From assembly GCF_009914755.1 (NCBI RefSeq), contig NC_060929.1: a stretch of 64,000 nt of DNA; one strand, given 5' to 3'. The position numbers and the translations under genes are program-made. This DNA is from the human T2T-CHM13v2.0 reference genome, Homo sapiens. This document shows, in pieces, positions 25,894 through 42,501 of this stretch (the first letter of the stretch is position 1; each line of letters begins with the position of its first letter). Under the pieces are notes generated by a model. That model ran no database searches and was not told the DNA's origin. It saw nothing but the letters and a program-made list of their open reading frames with translations.

Positions 25894-28074
25894 TATTTAT
25901 TTATTTATTTATTTATTTATTTTTTTATTGATCATTCTTGGGTGTTTCTCGCAGAGGGGGATTTGGCAGGGTCACAGGACAATAGTGGAGGGAAGGTCAG
26001 CAGATAAACAAGTGAACAAAGGTCTCTGGTTTTCCTAGGCAGAGGACCCTGCGGCCTTCCGCAGTGTTTGTGTCCCTGGGTACTTGAGACCAGGGAGTGG
26101 TGATGACTCTTAAAGAGCATGCTGCCTTCAAGCATCTGTTTAACAAAGCACATCTTGCACCGCCCTTAATCCATTCAACCCTGAGTGGATACAGCACATG
26201 TTTCAGAGAGCATAGGGTTGGGGGCAAGGTCACAGATCAACAGGATCCCATGGCAGAATAATTTCTCTTAGTACAGAACAAAATGAAAAGTCTCCCATGT
26301 CTACCTCTTTCTACACAGACACGGCAACCATCCGATTTCTCAATCTTTTCCCCACCTTTCCCCCCTTTCTATTCCACAAAACAGCCATTGTCATCATGGC
26401 CCGTTCTCAATGAGCTGTTGGGTACACCTCCCAGACGGGGTGGTGGCCGGGCGGAGGGGCTCCTCACTTCCCAGTAGGGGCAGCCGGGCAGAGGCGCCCC
26501 TCACTTCCCGGACGGGGCGGCTGGCCGGGCAGGGGGCTGACCCCCCCCACCTCCCTCCCGGACGGGGCAGCTGGCCGGGCAGAGGGGCTCCTCACTTCCC
26601 AGTAGGGGCGGCCGGGCAGAGGTGCCCCTCACCTCCCAGACGGGGTGGCTGGCCGGGCGGGGGGCTGACCCCCCCACCTCCCTCCCGGACGGGGCGGCTG
26701 GCCGGGTGGGGGGCCGACCCCCCCACCTCCCTCCCGGACGGGGCGGCTGGCCAGGTGGGGGGCTGACCCCCCCCCACCTCCCTCCCCGACGGGGCGGCTG
26801 GCCGGGCGGGGGGCTGACCCCCCAACCTCTCTCCCGGACGGGGCGGCTGGCCGGGCAGAGGGGCTCCTCACTTCCCAGTAGGGGCGGCCGGGCAGAGGCG
26901 CCCCTCACCTCCCGGACGGGGCGGCTGGCCGGGCGGGGGGCTGACCCCCCCACCTCCCTTGCGGACGGGGCGGCTGGCCGGGCGGGGGGCTGACGCCCCC
27001 ACCTCCCTCCCGGACGGGGCGGCTGGCCGGGCGGGGGGCTGACCCCCCCACCTCCCTCCCGGACGGGGCGGCCGGCCAGGCAGAGGGGCTCCTCACTTCC
27101 CAGTAGGGGCGGCCGGGCAGAGGCGCCCCTCACCTCCCGGACAGGGCGGCTGGCCGGGCGGGGGGCTGATCCCCCCACCTCCCTCCCGGACAGGGTGGCT
27201 GCCGGGCGGAGACGTTCCTCACTTCCCAGACGGGGTGGCTGCTGGGCGGAGGGGCTCCTCACTTCTCAGACGGGGCGGCTGCCAGGTGGAGGGGCTCCTC
27301 ACTTCTCAGACGGGGCGGTTGCCAGGCAGAGGGTCTCCTCACTTCTCAGACGGGGCGGCCAGGCAGAGACACTCCTCACATCCCGGACAGGGCGGCAGGG
27401 CAGAGGCACTCCCCACATCCCGGACGATGGGCAGCCGGGCAGAGACGCTCCTCACTTCCTAGATGGGATGGCGGCCGGGAAGAGGTGCTCCTCACTTCCT
27501 AGATGGGATGGCGGCTGGGCAGAGACGCTCCTCACTTTCCAGACTGGGCAGCCAGGCAGAGGGGCTCCTCACATCCCAGACGATGGGCGGCCAGGCAGAG
27601 ACGCTCCTCACTTCCCAGACGGGGTGGCGGCCGGGCAGAGGCTGCAATCTCGGCACTTTGGGAGGCCAAGGCAGGCTGCTGGGAGGTGGAGGTTGCAGTG
27701 AGCCGAGATCACGCCACTGCACTCCAGCCTGGGCACCATTGAGCACTGAGTGAACGAGACTCCGTCTGCAATCCCGGCACCTCGGGAGGCCGAGGCTGGC
27801 GGATCACTCGCGGTTAGGAGCTGGAGACCAGCCCGGCCAACACAGCGAAACCCTGCCTCCACCAAAAAAACACGAAAACCAGTCAGGCGTGGTGGCGCAC
27901 GCCTGCAATCGCAGGCACTCGGCAGGCTGAGGCAGGAGAATCAGGCAGGGAGGTTGCAGTGAGCCCAGATGGCAGCAGTACAGTCCAGCTTTGGCTCGGC
28001 ATCAGAGGGAGACCGTGGAAAGAGAGGGAGAGGGAGACCGTGGGGAGAGGGAGAGGGCGAGGGCGAGGGCGAGG
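25894..28074 (-). mobile_element. Full-length SVA retrotransposon (hominid-specific, probably SVA_C/D), antisense in intron 1
   Basis: On the minus strand: short CCCTCT/CCCTCG hexamers (~28021-28074), Alu-like domain (~27640-28020), GC-rich VNTR (~26425-27640), SINE-R (~25925-26420) and an (AAAT)n-type tail. TSD tccttgaacttttt at 25880-25893 and 28075-28088. Confidence 0.96.
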
Positions 28075-28145
28075 TCCTTGAACTTTTTCATAGCTCCAGT
28101 TGAAATTCATGAGAGTGGTGATGACTCTTTGTTTTGTTTTTTTAA

Positions 28146-28788
<643 letters not shown>

Positions 28789-30224
28789 TAGAATATTCTT
28801 AAAGGATACCAGAAATGAAATTTGTGGCTACTAATATTTGACTCTCTAACTCAAAATATAAATTTATTTAACATGTTAAAAGTAAAAATTTCATAATCCA
28901 ATTCCAAGGGCTCTGTGGAAAACAATGTATTTTTCATTTATATTTAAGAGCTTGGCTGGTGTTCTTTTTTTTGTTCCCTGCATTGTATGACCACAGGACT
29001 AGAGAATACATAAACAAATATATGTAATGTACATGTTTTATGATAGAATATTATTTTTTACTATTAATAACATTTTCTGTGTTAGCTAGCAATTACTATT
29101 TCTAGAAATACAGTCTGAGAGAAGTTAATTAGTTATTGATCAATGTAATATGAGATATTATTATTTTATTACAGTATAAGACTTAAAGCATATTACTATT
29201 ATTGGAAGTTTTAATTATAGCGCTACATAGAAACTGTTTTAATGTGGACGTGAGTTTTGGTTAAATCATAGCTGGATTAATAAATGATTTTTCAAACTAG
29301 ACTTTGGCCAGAGTGACTGACTGTTCTTTTAGGTGATAATAGCTGAGTCTGTGGTAATCTCTCTTGGTAACTGTTGCATCCAGTGGTTCATTTCTGAAAT
29401 GTCAAAATGGAATAAAAATGGGACAAAATGCTTGTCCCCCTTCTCCCTTCTCCTCCCTTTTGTTTGTTTTAGTTGAAGCTAAAAACCACACTCCCATACT
29501 CCTTGTTTTTTGTTTTTTGTTTTTAAGGCAAGAAGGAAAAATAACCTTTTGAGGAGGAAGACAAAGGTTTTTGTCTTTAGTATTTCAGGAGATATAAGGG
29601 AAAAACAGGTAGTTTTTGATGGGCCGTATTCCTTTACCACTCTTTTTCCTCCACCCTTTATTCTTGTACCTAGTCAGAGGTAGGAAAAAAGATTCTTTGG
29701 TGTTTAGAACTTGCCTTTGGCAAAAAATAATACTGCTATAAGTGGATGTATTTATTTGCTGCTGAATGTAGCTACTGAATAGAGATGAGCTATGTAACAG
29801 TATCATCAGGCAATAAGAACATTGCTGTGATGTTATAGCTATATGTAAGAAAGTATAAGGCTTTTATATTCATTTGCTTGATGAAGACTAATTTCATTAG
29901 ACATACTATTATTTTGGGCTTATCTGTTATATATAGACATGGTTTCTGTACTCTATCACCAAGCCTTTTATATTAAGTATACAGAATGTATACAGAATTT
30001 GTCATATTTAACATATCTCCACGTAGCTATAAATGGTTTCCATCTTTTTTTTTTTTTTTTTTGACAGAGTCTCACTCTGTCGCCCAGGGTCCAGGTTGAA
30101 GTGGAATGGCATGATCATGGCATATAGCAGCCTCAACCTCCTGGGCTCAGGCGATCCTCCCACCTCAGTTTCTTGAGTAGCTGGAACCACAGGCACATGG
30201 CCACCATGCCTGGCTAATTTTTAA

Positions 30225-30371
<147 letters not shown>

Positions 30372-30879
30372 TAATGCTAATGCAATCTGAATTGTAAGAA
30401 TATGTTTCAGCAGATTTGTTAGGTAAGATATTTGTGAACCGCCAAAAGTAATCTCTCAAATATTTCCAAAATAATAAGCATAATGGGATATTTTGTCCTT
30501 TTATTGATTCCACATTGAGACAGACATTTTTAAAGTTATAAAGAGGGTGGGACAAAGGAAACAGTAGTGCTTTTTGGGAAATCTGATTGATACAAATGTA
30601 TTCATATCATTTATCTGTATGGTTTTGTATTAACTATAACTCATTCTGGGTTTTTTTCCCACAAGTATTGTGGATATTTAAAATTTTATCATATGGGTCA
30701 GATATTAGATGTAAAATGCATAAAACCACACTCAAAAGTTCAAGTGAGTGCTGATAAAATGCATCATGTTAGATTCTCAGTATGATTCTTCCACTTTGAA
30801 AAGGTGGAGAAAATAGACACTGTGGTGAGGGACAGGACAAAAGAATTGTAATTACACAGAATCATGTTCTAAAAATTAT

Positions 30880-31120
30880 ATTTATATGGTGGTTTATTGT
30901 TTCAAAATGCTTTTACCTTCATTACCTCATTTCAGGATTTCAATAGCACTGTAAGGTAGGTGGGGCAGATAGTGTCTTTGTTTATTGAGGAAGAAATAGA
31001 ATGTCAGAAAGGTTGAGTATTATGTCTGAATTTACACACAATGCCTGATAGAACTGGTACTTGAACCTTATTCTCTTGATCTCCAGTGTAATATGCTCTC
31101 CATTATGTCTTACTGCCTAA
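30880..31120. repeat. MIR-like SINE
   Basis: tttcaaaatgcttttaccttcattacctcattt...ctgtaaggtaggtggggcagat...gaggaagaaa...cagaaaggttgagt...ggtacttgaacct. Confidence 0.55.
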
Positions 31121-31469
31121 TTGAAACTTGAGTTTACATCCACTGTAAGACGTAGAATTAACTCAATAAATTATCTTATGCATTATATTTTCAGAGAAGT
31201 TATCAGCCTCTGAAGCAAGGGACACATCACCATTTTGTATTTTTCTTCTGAATTTGATTCTTCCCAAGCACTTATGAATGTGCCATCTTATTTACCTGAT
31301 GCTATTATTGACACCCAGGAAGTCACTGCTACTGGTTCTTTCTCGCTCTAATGGTGGTAATCAGGCAGGCAATGAACAGTCTGTCACCTTTTATATGGTC
31401 TACTCAAATCTATTCCCAGTTGTTCTTTCTAGCCTAATGCCATAGTTGTATTCTAGATACCTTATATCT

Positions 31470-32095
31470 TTTAAAAATTGAGATATAATTCGTATGCCAT
31501 AAGATATAGCATTTTAAAGTCTACATTTCAGTGATTTTTAGTATATTTACAAGGTTGTATAGCAATCACTACTATCTAATGCCAGAACATTTTCATCAAT
31601 CCAAAAAGAAACTTCAGACTCACTTACAGTCACTCCTATTCTTCCCTTCTCCACTCCCAAGGCAACCTATTGTCTTTTTCTATGGATTTGCCTATGCTGG
31701 ACATTTCATATAAATGGGATCATATAATGGGACCTTTTGTGTCTCCCTTCTTTCACTAAACATAATGTTTTCAAGGTTCATCTATATCATGTATTTCTTC
31801 CTTTTGATGGCTGCATAATATTCAATTGCATGGATATATATCATATTTGGTTTATTCATCTACTGATGGACATTTGGGTTGTTTCTACTTTTTGGCTGTT
31901 ATAAAGAATGCAGGTATGAACGTTTGTGTTTAAGTTTTTGTATGAACATGTATATTTTTAATTATCCTAGGTATATACCTAAGAAGTAGAATTATTGGGT
32001 CATATGATAATTCTATGTTTAACTTTTGAAGAACTGTCAAACTGTTTCCACAGTGGCTACACCACTATGTTTCCACCAGCAATGCAGAAAGACCT
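31470..32095 (-). mobile_element. L1MB-like 3' end fragment
   Basis: aattgagatataattc...gatggacatttgggttgtttctac...gggtcatatgataattctatgtttaac. Confidence 0.75.
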
Positions 32096-34772
32096 TATAT
32101 TAATTTTTTTGTTTTAAGAGACAGTGTCTTGCTCTGTCATCCACATGGAATATAGTCGTACAATCATAGCTCAGTGTAATTTTGAACTTCTGGGCTCAAA
32201 TGATCCACCTCAGCCTCATGAGTAGCTGGGACTACAGTTTTATGCCATGACGCTAGGCTAATTTTAAAATTTTTTGTAGAGACAAGATCTCACTAGGTTC
32301 CCAGGCTGGTCTTAAACTCCTGGCCTCAAATGATCCCCCCCACCCTGGCTTCCCAAAGTGCTGGGTTTATAGACGTGAGCCACTGTGCTCGGCTCGTACC
32401 TTACATTTTTTGAGTGGACAATTCATCTCCAAGCCCCACCCCCTTCCCCCCCCCAAAAAAAAAACGGGGGTTTCTTTTGGAGATAGTCTTGCCGTGTTCC
32501 CCAGGCTGGAGTGCAGTGCCACAGTCTCAGCTCACTGCAACCTCTGCCTCCTGTGTTCAAGCGATTCTTGTGCCTTAGCCTCCCAAATAGCTGATTACAA
32601 TCATGTGCCACCACACCCAGCTAATTTTGTATTTTTAGTACAGACAGGGTTTCGCCATGTTGGCCAGGCTAGTCTTGAACACCTGGCCTCAAGTGATCTG
32701 TCCGCCTTGGCTTCCCAAAGTGTGGAATTACAGGCATGAGCCACCACACCCAGCCTCCAAGCCTATTTTTTATTTCATTTTCTGCCTCTATCTGAAATAT
32801 ACTTCCTCTTCTGCCCACCTCTACCCCTATGTCTAACTACCTATTGAAATTCTGTGCATCCTTCAAAGCCTAGTTCAAATGTTGCTTCTTGTGCAAAGTC
32901 TTCACGGGTTACTAGGGCTGGAAGTGATTTCTCCCTCATTAGTGCATATAGTTGTATCATTTATTTCTCTTTGAGGCCTTTTGTAATAGTTGTTGGAGTC
33001 TTTCTTATTTCTTCTACCACATTTTTGTATTATCATAGTGAGAGAGAGATATATATATCTCAAATGCGCCTTTAGTAAATATTGAGAGAATGAGAGACTA
33101 CTGGAAATCCTTAACTTGGCTTTTTAAAATGTTACATGAGACATATAATATTTATAAAATAGGAATATTAATATGTAAATACTATTTTAAATAAATAATT
33201 TTATAATTTTTCCACTGGAATGATGTTTTTACCTGTCCTTCCAACTGGCAGGTATGTATATCTGCAAATATCTCTTAATTTCTTGGCCTTACATTAAGCT
33301 GTTGTATGAGCAGTTGCTTTTCAAGGTCATTTGACAACTGGTTGCCTGCATTTATCTATTGGATCTGGCATCTTTGTCTGTAGTTACATGTTAAAGAAGC
33401 TGTGTTACAGTATAGCTCAATGTTTTTAGGTCTGAAGTTAAAGATTCATTTTGTAAAATTATAGTACATCATTAGATAATAAAATAAGTTATTTTAACTT
33501 TACTGTCTTTATTAGGCTATATTTATTTGGTGTCCATTGTGAAAATTGATGACCAACTAGCCAGATATGCCAAATAATGTAGTCCAGATACTGTGGTCCT
33601 TTTTTTTATAAATGTGTGATATCCTAGTGGTTAAAAGCATGGACTCTGTAGGTATGTGGCCTGAGTTTGAAACCTTATTTTTTTTGTTTGTTAGCTGTGT
33701 GACCTTGAAGAAGTACTTAATCTTTCTGTTCCTGATGTTTTTCTTTATCTACAAATATGTTAATTTTTCCTGGCTATACATATTTGCATATTACAGTAAT
33801 ATATATAGTATATATATTATCTGTATATTATACAAATTACATATATGCCATACATGTTATATGTATATACGTATATATGTATATGATATACATTACATAT
33901 ATTATGTAAATAATATACATACTACATATTACTCATGAGTACTCATGTTCATATTTACATATATACACATATGTACATTTAGCAAAATAAGAATCATACT
34001 GTTTTGAATCTTGTGTATTTTATTTAATTTTATGAATATTCTCATGCCATTAAATATGCTTCAAAAACTTTTTTTTTAATTTTTTATTTCTTCTCACAGT
34101 TGAGCCAGTGGTCACAAAAACATTGTTTTTAATGACTGCATGGTAGTCCATCATGTAAATGTACAACATGTATTTCCCAAATTCTGTATTATAATTTTTC
34201 CTCATTTTTGGAATTTCAGTTAATGCTGCAGTGAACATCCTTGCACACTAATTTTTGTCTGGCTTTCAGAAAATTTTTTAGTGAGCTTTTTAAGGTATTT
34301 TGATACACGTTTCCAAATTGCTTCCCAGAAGGGTTGTATATATTTTATTTAAGAAAATACATTTTGAATTAATTTTATTTGAAATTGGAGGGTTACATGT
34401 TTATTTTTGTAAGTTGATTTTTGCTTATACCATTCATTCATTTCAACAAGTATGTATTAAATTCATACTATGTGCCAGGTATTCGTAGGCCCAACGTATA
34501 GCACTGTAAACAAAGTACAGTTTTTAACCTCATGGAGTGTTCCTGTCTAAAGGTCTCCAGGTATCAGTGGGTTAGTTTTTATTTTCCCTCATTTCAGAGT
34601 CAGAATTGAATAAATTATTTAGAAAAGAGGAAAACTTTTCTCTTAATGACCTATCTATGCTATCAAGTTTGTTGTTGTTGTTGTTGTTGTTGTTGTTTGT
34701 TCTATTCTATCTAGTCTATATGGATTTTCTCAGGGTTATGTTCATGTACTTGTTTCAATAAAAAGTAAATGC

Positions 34773-37137
<2,365 letters not shown>

Positions 37138-37851
37138 TTAGTCCCTCAAGTTTGTGCCTGTATTTATTTCTTTATTCACTCAAAAATCAACAATTTTTGA
37201 GAGGGCCTCACACCTCAGACATTGTTTTGTCAATTTCATAAATGAAAAATACCTCACCATTTTAGTTTGCATTCATGTTATATCATTAGTAGATTGTGTG
37301 GTAGCTCTTTATAAATGACGATATAAATTCATTGGGTATTGTGTATATAATTTTTTAATTTTAATTTTATTTGTAAGAATGAATTTAATTTAAAATGTTG
37401 CCCCAGAAGATGGTTGTGACCAAAGGAAGAAACAATTGAATTGTTTGTTACAGTATTACAGACTGTCTCCCCTCTGAAGATACTACTGAAAATAGTAAAG
37501 ACAGATATCCTGTACTAGAGATCTTATGGTGTGACTATGTATTTTGAAAGAAATCTCATTTATTTGATAGACAGCCTCATATGAAGTTACATGTGGATTA
37601 GGTAGAGGACAAATTAATATTATGTGCATTGTAAAGGTAGAAAGACTAAAACATAGGTGGTTATGCCATGGCCTTTTGACATTAGTGGCAGAATTGAATT
37701 GATAAGCCTTATCTTCTGTCAACCTAACCTATGGATTCTATACCATTTCTTTTTCCTAGATAATAGTGTTTAGAAATATAATTACAATTTGCACTTTTAT
37801 ACTTTTTTTTTTGTTGTTCTGCACTACCTGATTGATTGATGCACACTGAAG

Positions 37852-38008
37852 GAATTGGCAAATTGTCAACTGCTGATGGTAAAGCTTTTGCAGATCCTGA
37901 GGTACTCCGGAGACTGACATCCTCAGTTAGTTGTGCACTGGATGAAGCTGCTGCTGCACTGACACGGATGAAAGCAGAAAACAGCCACAATGCAGGACAA
38001 GTGGACAC
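37852..38008 (+). CDS. ANKHD1: ANKHD1 coding exon 3 (GIGKLSTADGKAFADPEVLRRLTSSVSCALDEAAAALTRMKAENSHNAGQVDT)
   Basis: Acceptor ctgaag|GA, donor AC|GTATGT; 157 nt; phase-compatible with exons 2 and 4; lies within ORF 37836-38114. Confidence 0.92.
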
Positions 38009-38379
38009 GTATGTGTTTAATGACTTTTGGATATTAGACATTTTCTTGAATAGATTTTGGGGAAGTAGCCAATTTTGGTTAAATATATCTTTTGGTGGAG
38101 CTTATAAACTTTAGCTGAAAGGATATTACATTTTAAGTGGATATATAAATGTATATGTATTATGTAGCTATACAAATGGATATTTTTGTTTCTTCATTCA
38201 GCTCTTATTCGTTGAGCATTCTTGTGGAATGTATTACACTAGAGTCTCTGAGAAATCCAAACTGAATAAGATCTGTTTTCCAGTTATAAGGAAGTTACTT
38301 ATTCTAAAAGTTATTATAGTAAACTCTAAACCGAGTGCTTGAGTACTAATACATGAAACGAGTTACTAATGCAGTAGTG

Positions 38380-38547
38380 TAGTTGCTTGCTACTCAAATA
38401 TGGTCCATGGACTGGCAGTATCAGCATCACCTCAGAGCTTGTGAGAAATGCAGAATCCCGGGCCCTACTCCATATCTACTGAATCAGAATCTGCATTTTA
38501 ACAAGAAATACGAGTAACTCGTACACATTAAAGTTTGAGACTCGGTG
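38380..38547. mobile_element. MER5A-like hAT DNA transposon
   Basis: cagcatcacctcagagcttgtgagaaatgcagaat...ctactgaatcagaatctgcattttaacaaga...cattaaagtttgaga. Confidence 0.75.
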
Positions 38548-38694
38548 GTCTAGTTAGTCATTCTGTGGTAAAATAGTTTTCTTAGGTTTTCGCCTTCACT
38601 GTTACTAAGTAAAAATTTCAGCCATAGGATTATATCCCAAAATATCTTTGGGAATCATTATACAAGTAGAGTTTAAAAACTTGTGCATCTAATA

Positions 38695-39219
<525 letters not shown>

Positions 39220-39509
39220 GTCTAATGCTTTAAAAAACTTTATTTAAAATTTGTTGTAATATGTTAGGAGATTTTAAAAGATAAAAATGACAGCTGGTTT
39301 CAAATTCACTCACTGGCTTTCTGGCTTGGTTGATAAACATGAATAATTGAAGTTGCAGACAAAATGCTCAGCAAGTAATATGTTCATATAATTTTTTCTT
39401 TTACTGCATTAACATTTTTCTTTGTGTGACTATTTATATTTAATATAATTTATCATAGGACCCCCGAGTCTTTTTGTTTCGGTTAATTGTTGAATGGTTT
39501 TGTTTCCAG

Positions 39510-39657
39510 TCGCAGTCTAGCAGAAGCTTGTTCAGATGGGGATGTTAATGCTGTTCGTAAATTGCTAGATGAAGGCAGAAGTGTAAATGAACATACAGAA
39601 GAAGGAGAAAGCCTGCTGTGTTTGGCTTGTTCAGCAGGGTATTATGAATTAGCACAA
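39510..39657 (+). CDS. ANKHD1: ANKHD1 coding exon 4 (RSLAEACSDGDVNAVRKLLDEG...ACSAGYYELAQ), start of the ankyrin repeats
   Basis: Acceptor tttgtttccag|T, donor CAA|GTAAGC; 148 nt; ankyrin consensus. Confidence 0.95.
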
Positions 39658-40385
39658 GTAAGCAGAAATAATCTTTAGTGATTAAAATTGTGGAAGGGTT
39701 TTGATGTTTTATTTATTTTTGTCACTTATAAGATAGATTATAATTAGAGGCCAGAGTCTTCTCTTCCCCCATCCTCCTTCCCTTTTTGGTAGTGGGTAAA
39801 GTAGAAACAGATAACACAGTTTATTTTGTTGCCTGTACATGTAACTGAGAATGATCCATTTTTCTGCCACTTACTCAAAGCTAATCCTAATGAATAAGAA
39901 ACAAATAGATATAATAATAATTTTAAATTTGTCCTTTGAAATAATATACAGCTATAATGGAAAGTAGTCATTATTTTCATCACATTCAGGTTACCCCAAT
40001 TCTTTTAATTTTTTTCCTTCTATGTTAGAACAGTACTGGGAATTAACCATGTTTTTACCAGTTTCTGTCTTGTGAGTATAGTTTTGCTGTTCTTTGGCTA
40101 GATAACCTCAAGCATAACATTCTTTGACAAGAGCCATCACATTTTATAATAGGATGGCTAATATGATTGCATACTTTATTTAAATATTAATATGTAATGA
40201 TATTGTAAAATATGTAACCTGGCATGTTAAGCAGTGAGTATTGGCATAATTTTTTCAAAAGGTCATTATTGATTTTTTCCCACCCCTATTCTAGAAGAAT
40301 ATCTTCAGAGATTCAGTATATTCTCTAGAAATACTATTGAATAGTAAGAATTAACAATTTCTCTGTCTGTATATGTGTTTTAAAG

Positions 40386-40533
40386 GTATTGCTTGCTATG
40401 CATGCTAATGTTGAAGATCGAGGGAATAAAGGAGACATAACTCCCCTGATGGCAGCTTCCAGTGGAGGTTACTTAGATATTGTGAAATTATTACTTCTTC
40501 ATGATGCTGATGTCAACTCCCAGTCTGCAACAG
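40386..40533 (+). CDS. ANKHD1: ANKHD1 coding exon 5 (VLLAMHANVEDRGNKGDITPLMAASSGGYLDIVKLLLLHDADVNSQSAT)
   Basis: Acceptor ttttaaag|GTA, donor CAG|GTATGT; 148 nt; TPLMAA ankyrin motif. Confidence 0.95.
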
Positions 40534-40754
40534 GTATGTAGAAAATGATGTATTAATTGGGAGAAAAAATTGACATAATTATTACCTGAGAGAGAGAAAA
40601 ATTAGATTTCTGAGGAAAACCAGTATAAACCTACAGAAAAATCTTAGCCCTTGTGTAGAATCTTTGAGTAAAATACAAATTAATTTGACATCCTCAAAAG
40701 TCTTTAAAACACACTTAGAGTCTCCTGTAGTCAAGATTGAGTTTTTGTGGTATG

Positions 40755-41280
40755 AACATAATGGAATATTATTCAGACTTAAAAAAGGAGGAGATCCTGC
40801 CATTTGCCACAACATGGATGGACCTGAAGGACATTATGCTAAGTGGAATAAGCCAGACACAGAAAGGAAAGTATTGCATGATCTCACTTTTTTTTTTCCC
40901 CCACAGTCTTATGGACATAGGTATGCATGATCTCACTGAATATTGAAAATTTACAAAAAGCGTTAAATATATAGAGATAAGACATTGGTTACCGGGTCAG
41001 GGGTGGGGAGAAGAAATCGGAGAAGTAGGTAAAAGGATACAAAGTAGCAAATATGTAGAATGAACAAGTCAAAAAGCTTGATGTATAACATGAGGACTAT
41101 AATTAATAATAGTGTATTATATTCAGGATTTTTTGCTAAATGAGTAGATTATGCTGCTCTTGCCACAGGGGGCAAAATTGGGTAACTATATGAGAAAAAT
41201 ATGTTAATTTGTTCTATAGTAACCATTTTACTATATATGTATCTTATAACAACATGTCATATACCTTATGTATGTAATAT
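40755..41280 (+). mobile_element. L1MA-like 3' end in intron 5
   Basis: aatggaatattattcag...ccatttgccacaacatggatggacctgaaggacattatgctaagtg; the ORF track shows an L1 ORF2 C-terminal peptide (FATTWMDLKDIMLS). Confidence 0.8.
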
Positions 41281-41352
41281 ATATGGAGGCAAAATTATAA
41301 ACTGTATTTCTTATAATTCTTTATCTTCAATACAATACTCTTTAGATTATAG

Positions 41353-41661
<309 letters not shown>

Positions 41662-41748
41662 TGATCTCATGTGATCTGCCCGCCTCAGCCTCCCAAAGTG
41701 CTGGGATTACAGATGTGAGCCACCAAGCCTGGCTGAGATATTCTTGTA

Positions 41749-41900
41749 TAGCAACAGTCCCCAACCTTTTTGACACCAGAGACAATTGGAAGACAATTTT
41801 TCCACACGTGGGGGAGGGAGGAGGGGATGTTTTCGGGATGAAACTGTTTCACCTCAGATAGTCAGTTGTCTCATAGGAGTGTGCAGCCTAAATCCCTCGC
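41749..41900 (+). mobile_element. MER1B-like DNA transposon fragment
   Basis: gtccccaacctttttgacaccagagac...ggaagacaatttttccac...ttcgggatgaaactgtttcacctcagat. Confidence 0.7.
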
Positions 41901-42225
41901 CCGTCATTTATTTGAACTGAGCAGCTTTGTGCATACTATAGTTGGAACCCTTGAAAGTGGCTCCCTGTATTAATTAAATACAGAAAATATCTCTTATATT
42001 TACATAAAAGAAGACAGTTAATGTTAGAGTGTGTTGGTGAACCACCAGATTGATTTACTTAATTTTTTATCTGATTATGAAAATAATATATGCTCATTGT
42101 AAGAACATTTCAGAAATGCTGAGAAGTAGGAAGAATAAAAGATTACTCTCCCATAAACTCTGTGGCACAGAAATCACTGCTATTACTGTGTTAGTTTAGT
42201 TCCTTCCAGTATTTTTGATGTATAA

Positions 42226-42501
<276 letters not shown>

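Noticed and set aside
33240-33260. Strong donor-like CAG|GTATGT in unique intron 1 sequence
   Set aside because: No convincing upstream acceptor or open exon could be paired with it.
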